A stretch of 64,000 nucleotides of DNA, taken from positions 2,062 to 66,061 of the IMG/VR virus record IMGVR_UViG_3300035157_001069; one strand, 5' to 3'. The notes below the pieces were generated by a model. The model worked only from the letters and a program-made list of their open reading frames with translations. It ran no database searches and was not told the origin of the DNA. Shown here piece after piece: positions 9,114 through 18,915 of the stretch; position 1 is the first letter of the stretch, and the number at the start of each line of letters is the position of its first letter. Position numbers and translations under genes: made by a program. The DNA comes from a virus (lineage: Duplodnaviria > Caudoviricetes).

Positions 9114-9644
9114 CTACTTCACTTCAAGAGTAGATATAAATTGTCCAATAGCAGTAGTACCGGCGCCACCGGCGGTTAGAGAAGTGACTGTTCCACCAGA
9201 TAAACTTGAGACTCCGCCAGCTAATGTACCTTTTGTTCCACCAGCAAATGTTGTAGTCGAGCCAAACGCCGGAATAGATTGCACCTGACCGGTCGTGGTT
9301 GACACGGTTGAACCAGCATTAATCGCAGGTATAGCGTCCCCTTGGAGCCAACTTTCTGAGAAGCTGAATTGATTTCCGGAAACATTTAAATCATACGTTC
9401 CGGCCTTCATCGTCGGTGCAGCAGTAGCTGATCCGGCTGTTAAGCCTCCGAAAACGTCGCTATTGCCGGTGCCAACTTTTATATTTGTACCAGACACGCT
9501 ATAAGTGCTTGGTACTCTGGTCGCAACTGAACTGGCTCCATCCACGGTTAATTGAACCGAAGAACTCAAACTATGCGTTATATTTGCCATCGCAGGCGCT
9601 GCAAGGGATGTAAGCAACAGCGCTGGTAAAACTACGCGCTTCAT
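9114..9644 (-). CDS. Putative exported beta-rich protein
   Basis: Sec signal MKR..AAPAMA, then ITHSLSSSVQLTVD; Gly/Thr-rich. Confidence 0.75.
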   Translation of the reverse strand: MKRVVLPALLLTSLAAPAMANITHSLSSSVQLTVDGASSVATRVPSTYSVSGTNIKVGTGNSDVFGGLTAGSATAAPTMKAGTYDLNVSGNQFSFSESWLQGDAIPAINAGSTVSTTTGQVQSIPAFGSTTTFAGGTKGTLAGGVSSLSGGTVTSLTAGGAGTTAIGQFISTLEVK

Positions 9645-9680
9645 GGAAATAAATAAAACGTCTCTTACTATAGTAGGTAA

Positions 9681-9866
9681 TTATTTTTTGCGATGTCCGT
9701 GAGCTATACCCAACTCGTGCATCTTTGCGTGTTCATCAATAGGATCTCTTAAATCTTTAGATCCACTTCCAAGAGTTAAATAAATTCCGTAGCTAATAGC
9801 ACCCAAAAGAATAGTTACCAAACTGCCAATCAATAGTATTAGCTGTGGATCTGTTGTTTTATCCAT
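9681..9866 (-). CDS. psbN: PsbN-like protein
   Basis: Transmembrane helix followed by YGIYLTLGSGSKDLRDPIDEH, compared with PsbN [21 protein letters not shown]. Confidence 0.75.
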   Translation of the reverse strand: MDKTTDPQLILLIGSLVTILLGAISYGIYLTLGSGSKDLRDPIDEHAKMHELGIAHGHRKK

Positions 9867-10466
9867 TTAGATTAAACCGAGGTATCGTTTAACAGATTCC
9901 AGCACGGCTGGATCTGCTAGGTTTCTTATTTCTATATCTGGACGCACTTCAGCTATTCTTAACGCTTGACCAGTGCCGCCACTATCAGGGTTTTGTCTCC
10001 TGTTTTGTCTATCCATTGGATCATATCGAGGATCCCATCCTGTTGCAGCATCAGGAGTATAGGCAACAACCATCCTCGAGGGAGTTTGCAAGTCAGAGCC
10101 TAGGACTTGCATTGCATTTCGTGCCATTAGATCATAAGTAAACGGCTTCAGACTAGCTGCGTATGCATGATATATAGGAACCATGCGACGAGCATCTGCG
10201 GCAGCGCGTAATGTTTGGTAGTTAATGAAATGAGGTTGGCTACCTGCTATCTGATTATTAAACTTGCGACTAGGTAAATAAATTTCAGCATTAGCCCGAG
10301 GATTACGGAGACCTGAGAGGAATGCAGAATCTGATCCTTCAGCACCTCCAGACCTGAGTATCCATCCTTCGCTTTCTAATTTATTAGCTAGCAGGCTCAT
10401 GATACGTAAAGTATCGGCAGGTACGTCTTTCCGAGCACCTATGCCAGCGTAATAACGTCTACTCAT
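9867..10466 (-). CDS. DprA/Smf-like (SLOG superfamily) protein
   Basis: YAGIGAR..LRSGGAEGSD.AF..ARN..QVLG..GGTGQA; likely start MSRRYY at 10466. Confidence 0.8.
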   Translation of the reverse strand: MSRRYYAGIGARKDVPADTLRIMSLLANKLESEGWILRSGGAEGSDSAFLSGLRNPRANAEIYLPSRKFNNQIAGSQPHFINYQTLRAAADARRMVPIYHAYAASLKPFTYDLMARNAMQVLGSDLQTPSRMVVAYTPDAATGWDPRYDPMDRQNRRQNPDSGGTGQALRIAEVRPDIEIRNLADPAVLESVKRYLGLI

Positions 10467-10675
10467 AAGTAAGCTTTCGATATATTCGTAGCAAACCCTA
10501 TTAACGTCACTCCGGCTGCTAATACTGCTGCAGCCCCGATCACCCACTTCTCTACAACCTTGAGGCGTTCACGTAACTCCTCTTGCTTCTCTTCCAATCT
10601 TTCGATTTTGAGAGCTTGCACTGTCAGGCGGGTCTCCTGAGAGGCATCTACATTCGAATGGTTCTCACAAGTCAT
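10463..10675 (-). CDS. Small coiled-coil protein with C-terminal transmembrane helix
   Basis: IERLEEKQEELRERL coiled coil followed by a hydrophobic helix. Confidence 0.65.
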   Translation of the reverse strand: MTCENHSNVDASQETRLTVQALKIERLEEKQEELRERLKVVEKWVIGAAAVLAAGVTLIGFATNISKAYL

Positions 10676-11124
10676 GACTTAACCTTTTTAGAAGAATCAA
10701 CAACGTCTGCACCTAATATCTTAATAGGAGTCTCTACACGAATTGTCTGGAAGCCACCGCCTTGATTTGACATTAAAGCCAACATTTCTTTTTTACTTAA
10801 TGGCTTGTCTTCTGAATTCACATCATATGTTCCATCACCTTTCTTTTTAGCACTCTTCTCCAGGCCAAAACTTGCGAGCGACGAAGCCAGGAGACTAGCC
10901 GGAAAAGTTATATCCTGCTTTTCCCCTGACGTCAACCCAGGGATCTTTGGCAAATAATTTAAGGTCACCAGGGCTCCGGACCAGAAAACCACCAAAAGCC
11001 TGACTGCGACTGAGATGTACTCGAATTGCTCCTCTTTGTCGTCTATCTTCTCCTTGATCTTCTGAAAGATACTCTTCTTCTTCTCTTCCTCTGTTGGAAT
11101 TTGCGTATCTGCCGTAGTAGCCAT
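10672..11124 (-). CDS. Membrane protein with two transmembrane segments
   Basis: VRLLVVFWSGALVTL and DITFPASLLASSLASFG. Confidence 0.7.
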   Translation of the reverse strand: MATTADTQIPTEEEKKKSIFQKIKEKIDDKEEQFEYISVAVRLLVVFWSGALVTLNYLPKIPGLTSGEKQDITFPASLLASSLASFGLEKSAKKKGDGTYDVNSEDKPLSKKEMLALMSNQGGGFQTIRVETPIKILGADVVDSSKKVKS

Positions 11125-11158
11125 TTCATTTGATTAATCTACATTAATAGTAGACGTT

Positions 11159-11335
11159 TCAAACTGGGTAATAAGCCGGTACCAATGTACCCCTATCATC
11201 ATCATCGTCATCATCTTCGTTATCATTTCTTAGGTCATAGCCTAATGCATATGTCACAATCGCGACAGCAATAAGAGGCATGAAAGGAAATAAAAAAGCT
11301 AATTGAATCGTTGACGGATCAGCTAGTTCGTTCAT
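11159..11335 (-). CDS. Small membrane protein with poly-Asp tail
   Basis: MNEL.. transmembrane helix then DDDDDDDRGTLVPAY; a type common in picocyanobacteria and their phages. Confidence 0.6.
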   Translation of the reverse strand: MNELADPSTIQLAFLFPFMPLIAVAIVTYALGYDLRNDNEDDDDDDDRGTLVPAYYPV

Positions 11336-11480
11336 GAGTATGGGAGAGTTTTTTATAGGCTTTAGCAGCCTTCTTGATGATTTTTTGTGCTTCCTCTCGG
11401 GAAACACATTGCTCTGCTTTAGTTGCTAATTTAATTAACTTACGCTGCTGTTTCTCTGTCTTGGTCTGAAGTTGAGGCAT
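11319..11480 (-). CDS. Small basic helical protein
   Basis: KAEQCVSREEAQKIIKKA. Confidence 0.55.
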   Translation of the reverse strand: MPQLQTKTEKQQRKLIKLATKAEQCVSREEAQKIIKKAAKAYKKLSHTHERTS

Positions 11481-12357
11481 AACGTGGTTTGTAAAGTTCA
11501 CTCAATCCGTATCCACCTGCTAATGCTGCTAGTATTCCTGCTCCGTATCTACCAGCCATTCGCATTCCCCCAAGACTTTTTCTTGTTGGGGTTTTCTTCA
11601 TTTTATCAACAATCGTTTCTTTTGATGTTTCCTTAGAAGTAACGTCTGTATTAGTAATACCTTTAGCTGCAAGATTGTCAGACCAATCCCCAACTAATGC
11701 ATCTAAAGTTCTGCCTGATTGAACAACAGGGATAAGTTTCTCCACGTTTGCACGAGTTTCAGGTCCAAATGGAGTCCTTCTTTCAACACTATCTGTTTTG
11801 CTCGGAGCTCTTCCTTGTAATTGAGCTATCTTCGCAGCGGCAGCTACTTTAGATTCTTCTTCTGATAAACCTTGAGCTCTAAACTCTGCTAAAGCTAAGT
11901 CAAAAGCATCACCAGAGTCCAGGAATTTATTCAGCGCACCTATTTGCCCGTCTTTGTATTCCTCTGGGAATCGAGCCGCGAACTCCTCTTCCGAAATAAC
12001 GGCTCCGGCTGCCACCCCATCTTGCGTTACTATATTTGCCATGCTCTTGACTAAATTAGCCTTAGCAATATCAGCCTGATGTAGCAGATTTTGTACTCCT
12101 TCTCCTGCTCCAGAAAGAATCTCTCCAGTTCTGTTAAGGATAGGTGGAACGACATCGCGAGCCACTTGATCTGCTCCTTGTACACCGCTAACTACTTTAC
12201 GAGCGAATTGATCCGAAGCTTGAACACCACTCCATACACTTTTCAAAGTAGCTTGAGCAGCTACGTCACCTGCTTGAGCTAATAGAATTAATTTCTCAAA
12301 ATTATTCTTCCCCTCCATTGAGTTGAGCTTTCCAATAATCTTATCTAGATCATTCAT
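11440..12357 (-). CDS. Hypothetical protein, possibly virion-associated
   Basis: 305-aa helical ORF with a C-terminal hydrophobic segment; contains RMAG. Confidence 0.65.
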   Translation of the reverse strand: MNDLDKIIGKLNSMEGKNNFEKLILLAQAGDVAAQATLKSVWSGVQASDQFARKVVSGVQGADQVARDVVPPILNRTGEILSGAGEGVQNLLHQADIAKANLVKSMANIVTQDGVAAGAVISEEEFAARFPEEYKDGQIGALNKFLDSGDAFDLALAEFRAQGLSEEESKVAAAAKIAQLQGRAPSKTDSVERRTPFGPETRANVEKLIPVVQSGRTLDALVGDWSDNLAAKGITNTDVTSKETSKETIVDKMKKTPTRKSLGGMRMAGRYGAGILAALAGGYGLSELYKPRYASTSDQDRETAA

Positions 12358-12359
12358 GA

Positions 12360-12818
12360 TTAAAAAGGAGGAAGTGAAGGACCGCCAAGCATATCCTTAA
12401 TTATCTTTATTTCATTCGCATTATCATTAGCTCTTATCTTATTGTAAATTTTGGCATTTCTGCTTGCTCCTCTATGACCTCCACCAATGTCAAAGCTAGG
12501 ATTACCCATAGCTATCTCGTTGTCTGGCAAACCAAGACTTCTTAGTAAATGCTGCATATCAGTACCGCCATCCACATGCCACCCTGACAGAGGATCAGTA
12601 TAAGGAGCTATACCATTGCTGTTGGCCAATTTAGGTGCAAGTGGTGCAGGGGCAGGCCAATCCTTGTCGTAAGGATCTTTCGACCTGTCATCACCTGGGC
12701 TTTGACCAGGCCTAGCAAAAGCTTGCATGCCATCTCCTTCGTATATAGGTTTAGGAGGATAGCTCATTTGCCAACCAATGATCTTTCTTATTCCTGGATT
12801 CTGTCCCGCAAAGAGCAT
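12360..12818 (-). CDS. Hypothetical protein
   Basis: 152-aa ORF beginning MLFAG. Confidence 0.65.
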   Translation of the reverse strand: MLFAGQNPGIRKIIGWQMSYPPKPIYEGDGMQAFARPGQSPGDDRSKDPYDKDWPAPAPLAPKLANSNGIAPYTDPLSGWHVDGGTDMQHLLRSLGLPDNEIAMGNPSFDIGGGHRGASRNAKIYNKIRANDNANEIKIIKDMLGGPSLPPF

Positions 12819-12865
12819 TGTCCTGACAAATGTTCAATATTCCTTATTCTAACTAGGATATATAT

Positions 12866-13054
12866 ATGAAATGTTTAAACTGTTCCGCCGAACTTATCCA
12901 AGGAGATACTTGTTCTTTGGATCAAGACTTATACGGCGATGATTACAAACCATGGAATGCGGTCACAATCCTAGGCTGTCCTGATTGCAAGGCTTTTGTG
13001 GAGTTCTTTTATCAGAAAAAAGAAAAGCCGCCTGCTGTTACACAGACGGCCTAA
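12866..13054 (+). CDS. Small Zn-ribbon protein
   Basis: CLNC and CPDC pairs. Confidence 0.6.
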   Translation: MKCLNCSAELIQGDTCSLDQDLYGDDYKPWNAVTILGCPDCKAFVEFFYQKKEKPPAVTQTA

Positions 13055-13071
13055 CTTTTAATCTTTAAAAA

Positions 13072-13443
13072 CTAGAAGCTGTATTTAATTCCTAGCTTTC
13101 CACCTGTAGCGAAATCTTCTTCTTCTTCACCTGTAAGGAAAGAAAACTCACCATAAACATCAGTAGCTTCTGCGATAGCAATGCTACCACCAGCCTTACC
13201 TGAAAAGCGTGTTTCAGTGTCTGCATCTTTAACAGCCACGAAAGCTGGTCCACCTTGTACGTAGTAAGAAACCTTACCAGTGTCGTTAGCACCTGCATAA
13301 CCGATGTGAACATCAGTTGTAGCGTTTGTATACTTTTTATCTGTCCAATTAGCATTTGTCTCTGCATTAATGTAAGGTCCAGCAAATGTTGCAGGAGCAG
13401 CAATTAAAGTTAATGCAGCTGCGCTATAAAGTGTCTTTAGCAC
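13072..13443 (-). CDS. Small outer-membrane beta-barrel protein
   Basis: Signal peptide, GPY.N.E.N, alternating beta strands and a C-terminal GIKYSF BAM-type motif. Confidence 0.8.
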   Translation of the reverse strand: MLKTLYSAAALTLIAAPATFAGPYINAETNANWTDKKYTNATTDVHIGYAGANDTGKVSYYVQGGPAFVAVKDADTETRFSGKAGGSIAIAEATDVYGEFSFLTGEEEEDFATGGKLGIKYSF

Positions 13444-13495
13444 GGAATTCTGTTTTTGGTTAACACTTCTAATTTTATATACAAAATGTAATATT

Positions 13496-13708
13496 TTACT
13501 CGGCTTGTGCCAGTTTGAATTCTTTTTCTAGTATTGGCTTTAATTCCCTTTTAGGAGGATAGTGTCGTAACAAGGTACGTGCTTCTCTTCTAACTTCTCT
13601 AGGAATACGTGGTTCCTGTTGAACGTTAGTTAATCGTAAAAGAAAATCACGAGTAGCAACCATCGAGTCTATCTTTTGCTGGTTAGTGCTAATCGGATGA
13701 CGAATCAT
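13496..13708 (-). CDS. BPSL0761-like small protein
   Basis: TRDFL..L..PRIPREVRREARTLLRHYP. Confidence 0.65.
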   Translation of the reverse strand: MIRHPISTNQQKIDSMVATRDFLLRLTNVQQEPRIPREVRREARTLLRHYPPKRELKPILEKEFKLAQAE

Positions 13709-13952
13709 GGGAGATAACAGGAGGTCTAGCTTTGATAGCCGCTTGAGCAGATGATCTAGTCTTCTCGTCATGCCATAGGCTACATATCCTGTCCATCTCT
13801 TCTTTACCTAGGTATAAACGATATTCGTCAGCTAGTCCAATAAAAGTATGTCTTTTTCCAAGAGGTGCGTTATCTCTATCGAACACTTGGTACAACCATT
13901 CCATCATGTCAGCACGATTCTGTTGTTCTCTTACTTCTCTTGGGTAGGTCAT
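13689..13952 (-). CDS. Hypothetical protein
   Basis: 87-aa ORF in the operon. Confidence 0.6.
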   Translation of the reverse strand: MTYPREVREQQNRADMMEWLYQVFDRDNAPLGKRHTFIGLADEYRLYLGKEEMDRICSLWHDEKTRSSAQAAIKARPPVISHDSSSD

Positions 13953-13976
13953 TTTAATTTGCAGACTGGAATAATT

Positions 13977-14654
13977 TTACTCAGCAAACCATGCGCTGTC
14001 GATCATAGAATCAGAGTCTTTTATGTTCCACCTACCTTTAGGAAGGATGTTAAAAGCAAGAGAATAACGTGTGACATCGGATGTATTCTTTTCCACTTTA
14101 TGTCGTAAATAGCTAGGAAATAAGCAGAGTCTGCCATGGGCTGGTGTAATTACATATGACCAACATTTATCTCTATCCATTTCATATACACTCTCAAGAT
14201 TATATGGTTTTAATGAGGTTAAAGGATCAACAAATACTAACCTTCCTGATTTTTCGTCATACTCGTCAAAATACAACACTCCACTGAAGAAGGCTCCACG
14301 ATGATTATGTTCCGTTGAAATGACGTTCGGAGGTGTGATAGTTATCCATGACGTGCTCATTAGAAAATCATTTTTGGTATATCCAAAATATCCTCGTAAA
14401 TAATCCCTGCAGATTGTTAAAATTTTTTCTTTGGTTTCTGGAAATTTATCTAATACACGGTAGTCAGGATTGTAATTCTCTATTTTTGCTTCGCTATTTT
14501 TTTGCTGCGCGGCCCAATACTCTCCTGGGTATACATGACTTGGGTCTTCCTTATGATCCTTAAGCTCAGTGAAAGGATCATCTAAGTCACACGTATATAA
14601 ATGGCTAACGAATAGTTGATGTACTTCTCGGTGCTCCTCTGTATATCTCGTCAT
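13977..14654 (-). CDS. 2OG-Fe(II) oxygenase (TIGR02466-like)
   Basis: SW..HNH..SGVLY..FPSYLRHKV..RYSLAFN. Confidence 0.88.
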   Translation of the reverse strand: MTRYTEEHREVHQLFVSHLYTCDLDDPFTELKDHKEDPSHVYPGEYWAAQQKNSEAKIENYNPDYRVLDKFPETKEKILTICRDYLRGYFGYTKNDFLMSTSWITITPPNVISTEHNHRGAFFSGVLYFDEYDEKSGRLVFVDPLTSLKPYNLESVYEMDRDKCWSYVITPAHGRLCLFPSYLRHKVEKNTSDVTRYSLAFNILPKGRWNIKDSDSMIDSAWFAE

Positions 14655-15262
14655 TTATCTACACCCCACAACAATCTTTGAACATCATTTTTATTTCTAG
14701 TATCCCATTTTGCAACAGAAGGATCTTCGATGCCAGCCCAAACGACCAAAGATCTCCTTGTACCAGATGTCACAGGTTTAACCTTGTGTGCCATAGTCGA
14801 AGGGAAGATAATCAAAGTCCCTTGTTTTGCTGTGGAATGGTTTTCCGTAGGGAAGAAACATAATTCACCTCCCTCGAAATCTTCAGGTGGTGATAATTCT
14901 ATGGTTCCTGAAATATCTCTAAAAGATGCGTAATCATGACCACTGTCAATATGCCAATCGTAGTAATCGCCCTCTTTATATTTTGTATATTGAATATTTT
15001 CTATATGCTTAATTTCTCTTCTAAAGACGTTATAAGCAACGTCAGAAAAAACTGCCGTTATTTTTTGAGTGATACTGAATAAAACGGGATTTGCCTGGAG
15101 TTGATTCAATTCCAAGAAACTATTTTCTGAACGACGTACATCAGAGACTTCCCCTTTGCCTTCTACCAAGGAGGTCTTGGCTTGTGAATCATAGAAGTCA
15201 ATATATTGCTGACACTCTTCAGCAGAAAGGACGTCATGTAATACGAAGAAATCACCTAACAT
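14651..15262 (-). CDS. 2OG-Fe(II) oxygenase (prolyl-4-hydroxylase-like)
   Basis: YDWHID..EGGEL..FPS..HKVKPVTSGTRRSLVVW. Confidence 0.9.
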   Translation of the reverse strand: MLGDFFVLHDVLSAEECQQYIDFYDSQAKTSLVEGKGEVSDVRRSENSFLELNQLQANPVLFSITQKITAVFSDVAYNVFRREIKHIENIQYTKYKEGDYYDWHIDSGHDYASFRDISGTIELSPPEDFEGGELCFFPTENHSTAKQGTLIIFPSTMAHKVKPVTSGTRRSLVVWAGIEDPSVAKWDTRNKNDVQRLLWGVDK

Positions 15263-15263
15263 G

Positions 15264-16028
15264 TTATCTATTCATCCCACTATCTTCGAACTTCAACTGG
15301 CATAATCGTCTAATTGCACTGCTAGTAGATAAGTTGAAACTATAAATGATCCGATCTTTATCGCTTGGATTTGGCTTAGTACGATGAGGCAACCATGAAG
15401 GGAATAATATTATTCCTCCAGTTTGTGATTCATAATCCATTGTTACTGCACCATGAGGAAAGATCTTTTCCCCTTGCCCCCATATATTCATAGTCTTACC
15501 CACCCAATAAGGATCTTTAAAACTAATATCACCTCCATCAGCTTGTAAGTAATACACTCCGCTAACTTCAAACATGGAATGTATATGCTCTGGTACATAA
15601 GCACCGTTAGGGTAAATAGTCACCCAACTATTAGCAAGGCTTAGGCCTTCTAGAAGATAGGGATCTATTGTTTCTGCTAATACTTCGTAAGATAATTGAG
15701 CAACATAGTCATTAAAAAATTTCCATTCTTTTTCATTGCATAAGTTCTGGCCAAAGAAACTGGTAACACCCATCGTACTTTGTTTCTTCTTGTCTCCAGT
15801 AATAGTCGCATCATTCCATCCTTCGGATACTAATCCACTTTCTGTTTGTCCTTCAATAGTTTTATACGCTAAATCAATACCCTTTTTTCTTATTTCATCA
15901 CCTTCTTCTCTTAAGTCCTTGGCACAAAAAATAGGCGTCGAGAAAATCTGACGCCTTAATGGAGTAACTTGTATCTCATCAAACCTTCTAGTAGACTTGA
16001 TAGCCTTTTCGTATTGCTCCTGAGACAT
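15264..16028 (-). CDS. 2OG-Fe(II) oxygenase (TIGR02466-like)
   Basis: SW..HIH..SGVYY..FPSWLPH..RIIYSFN. Confidence 0.88.
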   Translation of the reverse strand: MSQEQYEKAIKSTRRFDEIQVTPLRRQIFSTPIFCAKDLREEGDEIRKKGIDLAYKTIEGQTESGLVSEGWNDATITGDKKKQSTMGVTSFFGQNLCNEKEWKFFNDYVAQLSYEVLAETIDPYLLEGLSLANSWVTIYPNGAYVPEHIHSMFEVSGVYYLQADGGDISFKDPYWVGKTMNIWGQGEKIFPHGAVTMDYESQTGGIILFPSWLPHRTKPNPSDKDRIIYSFNLSTSSAIRRLCQLKFEDSGMNR

Positions 16029-16078
16029 CTTCTATACATACCTAACAGCATTGTATAGAAGATTCAGAAAGCGTCTAC

Positions 16079-16399
16079 TTAGCCAGGATTTGGAGCTAAG
16101 GCATCAGAAGCGTCTTGTTTAGATTGCTTCCAAGCCACTGCTTCAGTAGATGTTATATCAACGAAAGCGCCTTCAGGAAGTGCTGCAATCGCTGCATCTC
16201 TATCAGCCTGAGTTGCATTTAATGGTATTGCAGGCTTTGGAGGATTTGAAGCGGGGTTTTCCGAAAAACTCGATCCGTCGTAAACCCAATTAGGTTTTAC
16301 TGTATCGGGACATTCGACGACTGTTGACCCAGTGAGACCTGGGTCGGTATCAAAAACGTCCGCTACTATTGTGTCGTAAATTAAAGCAAATTTAGCCAT
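16079..16399 (-). CDS. Putative tail fibre-associated protein
   Basis: VECPD.V..NWVYDG..F motif, directly downstream of the Gly-rich fibre gene. Confidence 0.55.
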   Translation of the reverse strand: MAKFALIYDTIVADVFDTDPGLTGSTVVECPDTVKPNWVYDGSSFSENPASNPPKPAIPLNATQADRDAAIAALPEGAFVDITSTEAVAWKQSKQDASDALAPNPG

Positions 16400-16405
16400 A
16401 ATAAA

Positions 16406-18004
16406 TCACCATTCGATAAGAAGATAACCGGGGCCGCCAGGACCACTACCACCTGGGGCGCTATAGATCCAACCATGGCCGCCACCGCCGCCACCGCCGA
16501 TTCCACCAGCACCTCCAGCAGCGTGGTATCCACCACCGCCACCACCGCCAAGGGCTCCTCCATGTCCACCTTGACCTGACTGCCAGTAGTTTTGAGACGA
16601 TGCAGTACCAGATGGAATATATAAGGCTAAGTCAACAGGACTGAAGTCTGCCCAAGACTGCCAGTTGTAGTGGCCATTTCCACTGCTGGTTTGGGTGCAA
16701 CCACCACCACCACCACCACCGGATCCACCTTCTCCTCCTGCATGCCCTGTCTCACCAAAGTTATTGTCGTTCTTAGGAGCTCCTGCGCCTCCTCCTCCTA
16801 CACATCTACCGAGAATACCGTTAAATGACTTCGCACCGTAGGTAACGCCGCCGCCGCCACCACCACCGATTGAAACGGTATAAGTGCCGCCGCCTCCTCC
16901 GCCGCCGCCTCCGAAGGTGCTTTGGTTGGAGCCAACTCCATCACCATAACGAGCACCGTTAGACGCTTTCTTCCAATTATCAGATGTATAACCAGTGTAC
17001 ATACTGTTACCACCTTTACCAGCAGAATCATCACTGCTGTTAGGGCATTCCATGGAATAGCCTGCGACAGTATTTGTGGATCCTGCTATACCTGAACCTC
17101 CATAGGATTGGTGGCTACTCCAAGGACCATCTTGAATATAGTTGCGACCTGTGCCTGCGGATCCGCCACCACCTGCTGCCCAGTAATTGGAGTCTGAAGG
17201 GGAATTGAAGTTACTGGCATCGCCACCTCGACCTCCAATTCCTCCTCCTCCGCCTCCTCCGTGAGGATATCCTCCTCCTGCTCCGTCTCCTCCTCTTCCA
17301 CCTGTTCCTAGCCAACTACCTGCGGCTCCACCGCCTCCTGTTGGGTATCCTTCTGGTCCCCATCCGAAACCGTTAGGAGAACCGTATCCGCCTCTACCTC
17401 CAGAGGCTGTTAGGTTGGTTCCTGAGACTAAAGCAGAGCCACTCGCGGTTCCGCTACCACCGGAACCGGAGTTGGTTGTGTAATATCCTCCTGATCCTGC
17501 AGTTGCTTCGATATTGATGCCCGTTCCTGTAACGGTTGTAGGGCCGCCAGCGCCTCCCCAATTATTACTACCACCGTATGCTCCAAAACCACCACTACCG
17601 ACAGTGCAAGTTAGGGTTGCTCCTGCAGATACGGTATATTCACCAGAAGCGAAACCACCTCCACCTCCACCAGCATCTGCGTAGTAGCTGTTTCCGTAAT
17701 GGCCACCACCACCACCACCACCGACAGCTGTAATTCTTACCTTGGTTACGCCAGTTGGAACTGTCCAATTAAAGGACGTTCCCGCATTGGTATTTCCTCC
17801 GGGGGCTCTTCGTTGCTGAGCTCCAGTACCAGTTCCTCCGTCAGCATTACCAGGGTCTCTGGTCGTAGACGGAGTGTTTTGATCGGGGTAGCTATTGTTT
17901 TGACCTCCGTATCTTTCTCCGTACCAATCTTGCCAATTCTTAAATTCTCTAGGGTCAGAAGTAGACCCACTACTACCGATCAGAGTAGATAATAAAACAG
18001 ACAT
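16406..18004 (-). CDS. Glycine-rich tail fibre/receptor-binding protein
   Basis: WTVPTGVTKVRITAVGGGGGG and many polyglycine runs; ends GGPGYLLIEW. Confidence 0.75.
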   Translation of the reverse strand: MSVLLSTLIGSSGSTSDPREFKNWQDWYGERYGGQNNSYPDQNTPSTTRDPGNADGGTGTGAQQRRAPGGNTNAGTSFNWTVPTGVTKVRITAVGGGGGGGHYGNSYYADAGGGGGGFASGEYTVSAGATLTCTVGSGGFGAYGGSNNWGGAGGPTTVTGTGINIEATAGSGGYYTTNSGSGGSGTASGSALVSGTNLTASGGRGGYGSPNGFGWGPEGYPTGGGGAAGSWLGTGGRGGDGAGGGYPHGGGGGGGIGGRGGDASNFNSPSDSNYWAAGGGGSAGTGRNYIQDGPWSSHQSYGGSGIAGSTNTVAGYSMECPNSSDDSAGKGGNSMYTGYTSDNWKKASNGARYGDGVGSNQSTFGGGGGGGGGTYTVSIGGGGGGGVTYGAKSFNGILGRCVGGGGAGAPKNDNNFGETGHAGGEGGSGGGGGGGCTQTSSGNGHYNWQSWADFSPVDLALYIPSGTASSQNYWQSGQGGHGGALGGGGGGGYHAAGGAGGIGGGGGGGHGWIYSAPGGSGPGGPGYLLIEW

Positions 18005-18333
18005 TAGGCAATCCTCCAGCCTTGAGTTGAATCTTTGTATACGAGCGTCCAGCCCACATTCTTGACATCTGCTTCTAAATCATCTGCTGTACCACAGATA
18101 TTGCTGCCGTTACGAGCAATTGTGACATTGTTAGTTCCTAAACTACCTGCTCCATCAGCGAAGTCCACGAAGTCATCCTCTGCTGGGCTGGCAGGAAGAG
18201 TTACGGTGAAAGCTCCACCAGAACTGTCTAGAAGTAGTGCATCGCCTGAAGAGGCGGTATAGTTGGCAGTTTTGGATTCCCAGTCTCTTTTAGAAGATCC
18301 AACTGCCCCTGAGAAAGAAAGTTTACGTCCCAT
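18004..18333 (-). CDS. Tail fibre structural module protein
   Basis: TANYTA..D.SGGAFTVTLPASP..V.F.D..NVTIARNG motif. Confidence 0.7.
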   Translation of the reverse strand: MGRKLSFSGAVGSSKRDWESKTANYTASSGDALLLDSSGGAFTVTLPASPAEDDFVDFADGAGSLGTNNVTIARNGSNICGTADDLEADVKNVGWTLVYKDSTQGWRIA

Positions 18334-18351
18334 GAGTAGTTATCTAGCTAT

Positions 18352-18687
18352 TTAAGACTCTAGTCCGTAGGCGACAAAGGAAACGTTACCTCCGCCACTT
18401 CCGACCCACATACGACTACTCGCTTCCATCGTGATGCCTGTTCTTTCTATTGCAGTATTCCCGTCTAAGGAATAATCAAACTCAAGATAATACCCTGCAT
18501 TAATAGTACCTGAAGTAGCAGTATCACTACCTGGAGCTATGCAAATCTTGATTGTGTCAGGAGATGATGCCTGATTACAAGCAGAAAGAATTACAGTTGT
18601 CGTTGCAGACGCTGTAAATAAGGGAGTAGTTGAGTAGTCGGGGGTTCCTGCAGTAGGTTTATTTTGCCCCTTAATACCAGATGCCAT
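18352..18687 (-). CDS. Small virion structural protein
   Basis: Beta-rich, YLEFD..ERTGIT..VSFVAYG; resembles 20663-21010. Confidence 0.6.
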   Translation of the reverse strand: MASGIKGQNKPTAGTPDYSTTPLFTASATTTVILSACNQASSPDTIKICIAPGSDTATSGTINAGYYLEFDYSLDGNTAIERTGITMEASSRMWVGSGGGNVSFVAYGLES

Positions 18688-18915
18688 GCTTTACGCTCAA
18701 AATAACGGCTGGGTTAATACCCTGTCTTACCAAGTATAGAGGAGATGTAGATGCTTACGGTCCAATACCGAAGTCACCATTTCTTTCTACACGTATTCGT
18801 AGTTTAGCTCGTGCTCTTAAGCGACGCTTTGTAGACGTTTTATTGCGTTGATCTAATTGATTCGCGAGTTCTAATTTCTTTTCTTGTCTGACCTTACCTT
18901 TTTTGAATAAAGGCA

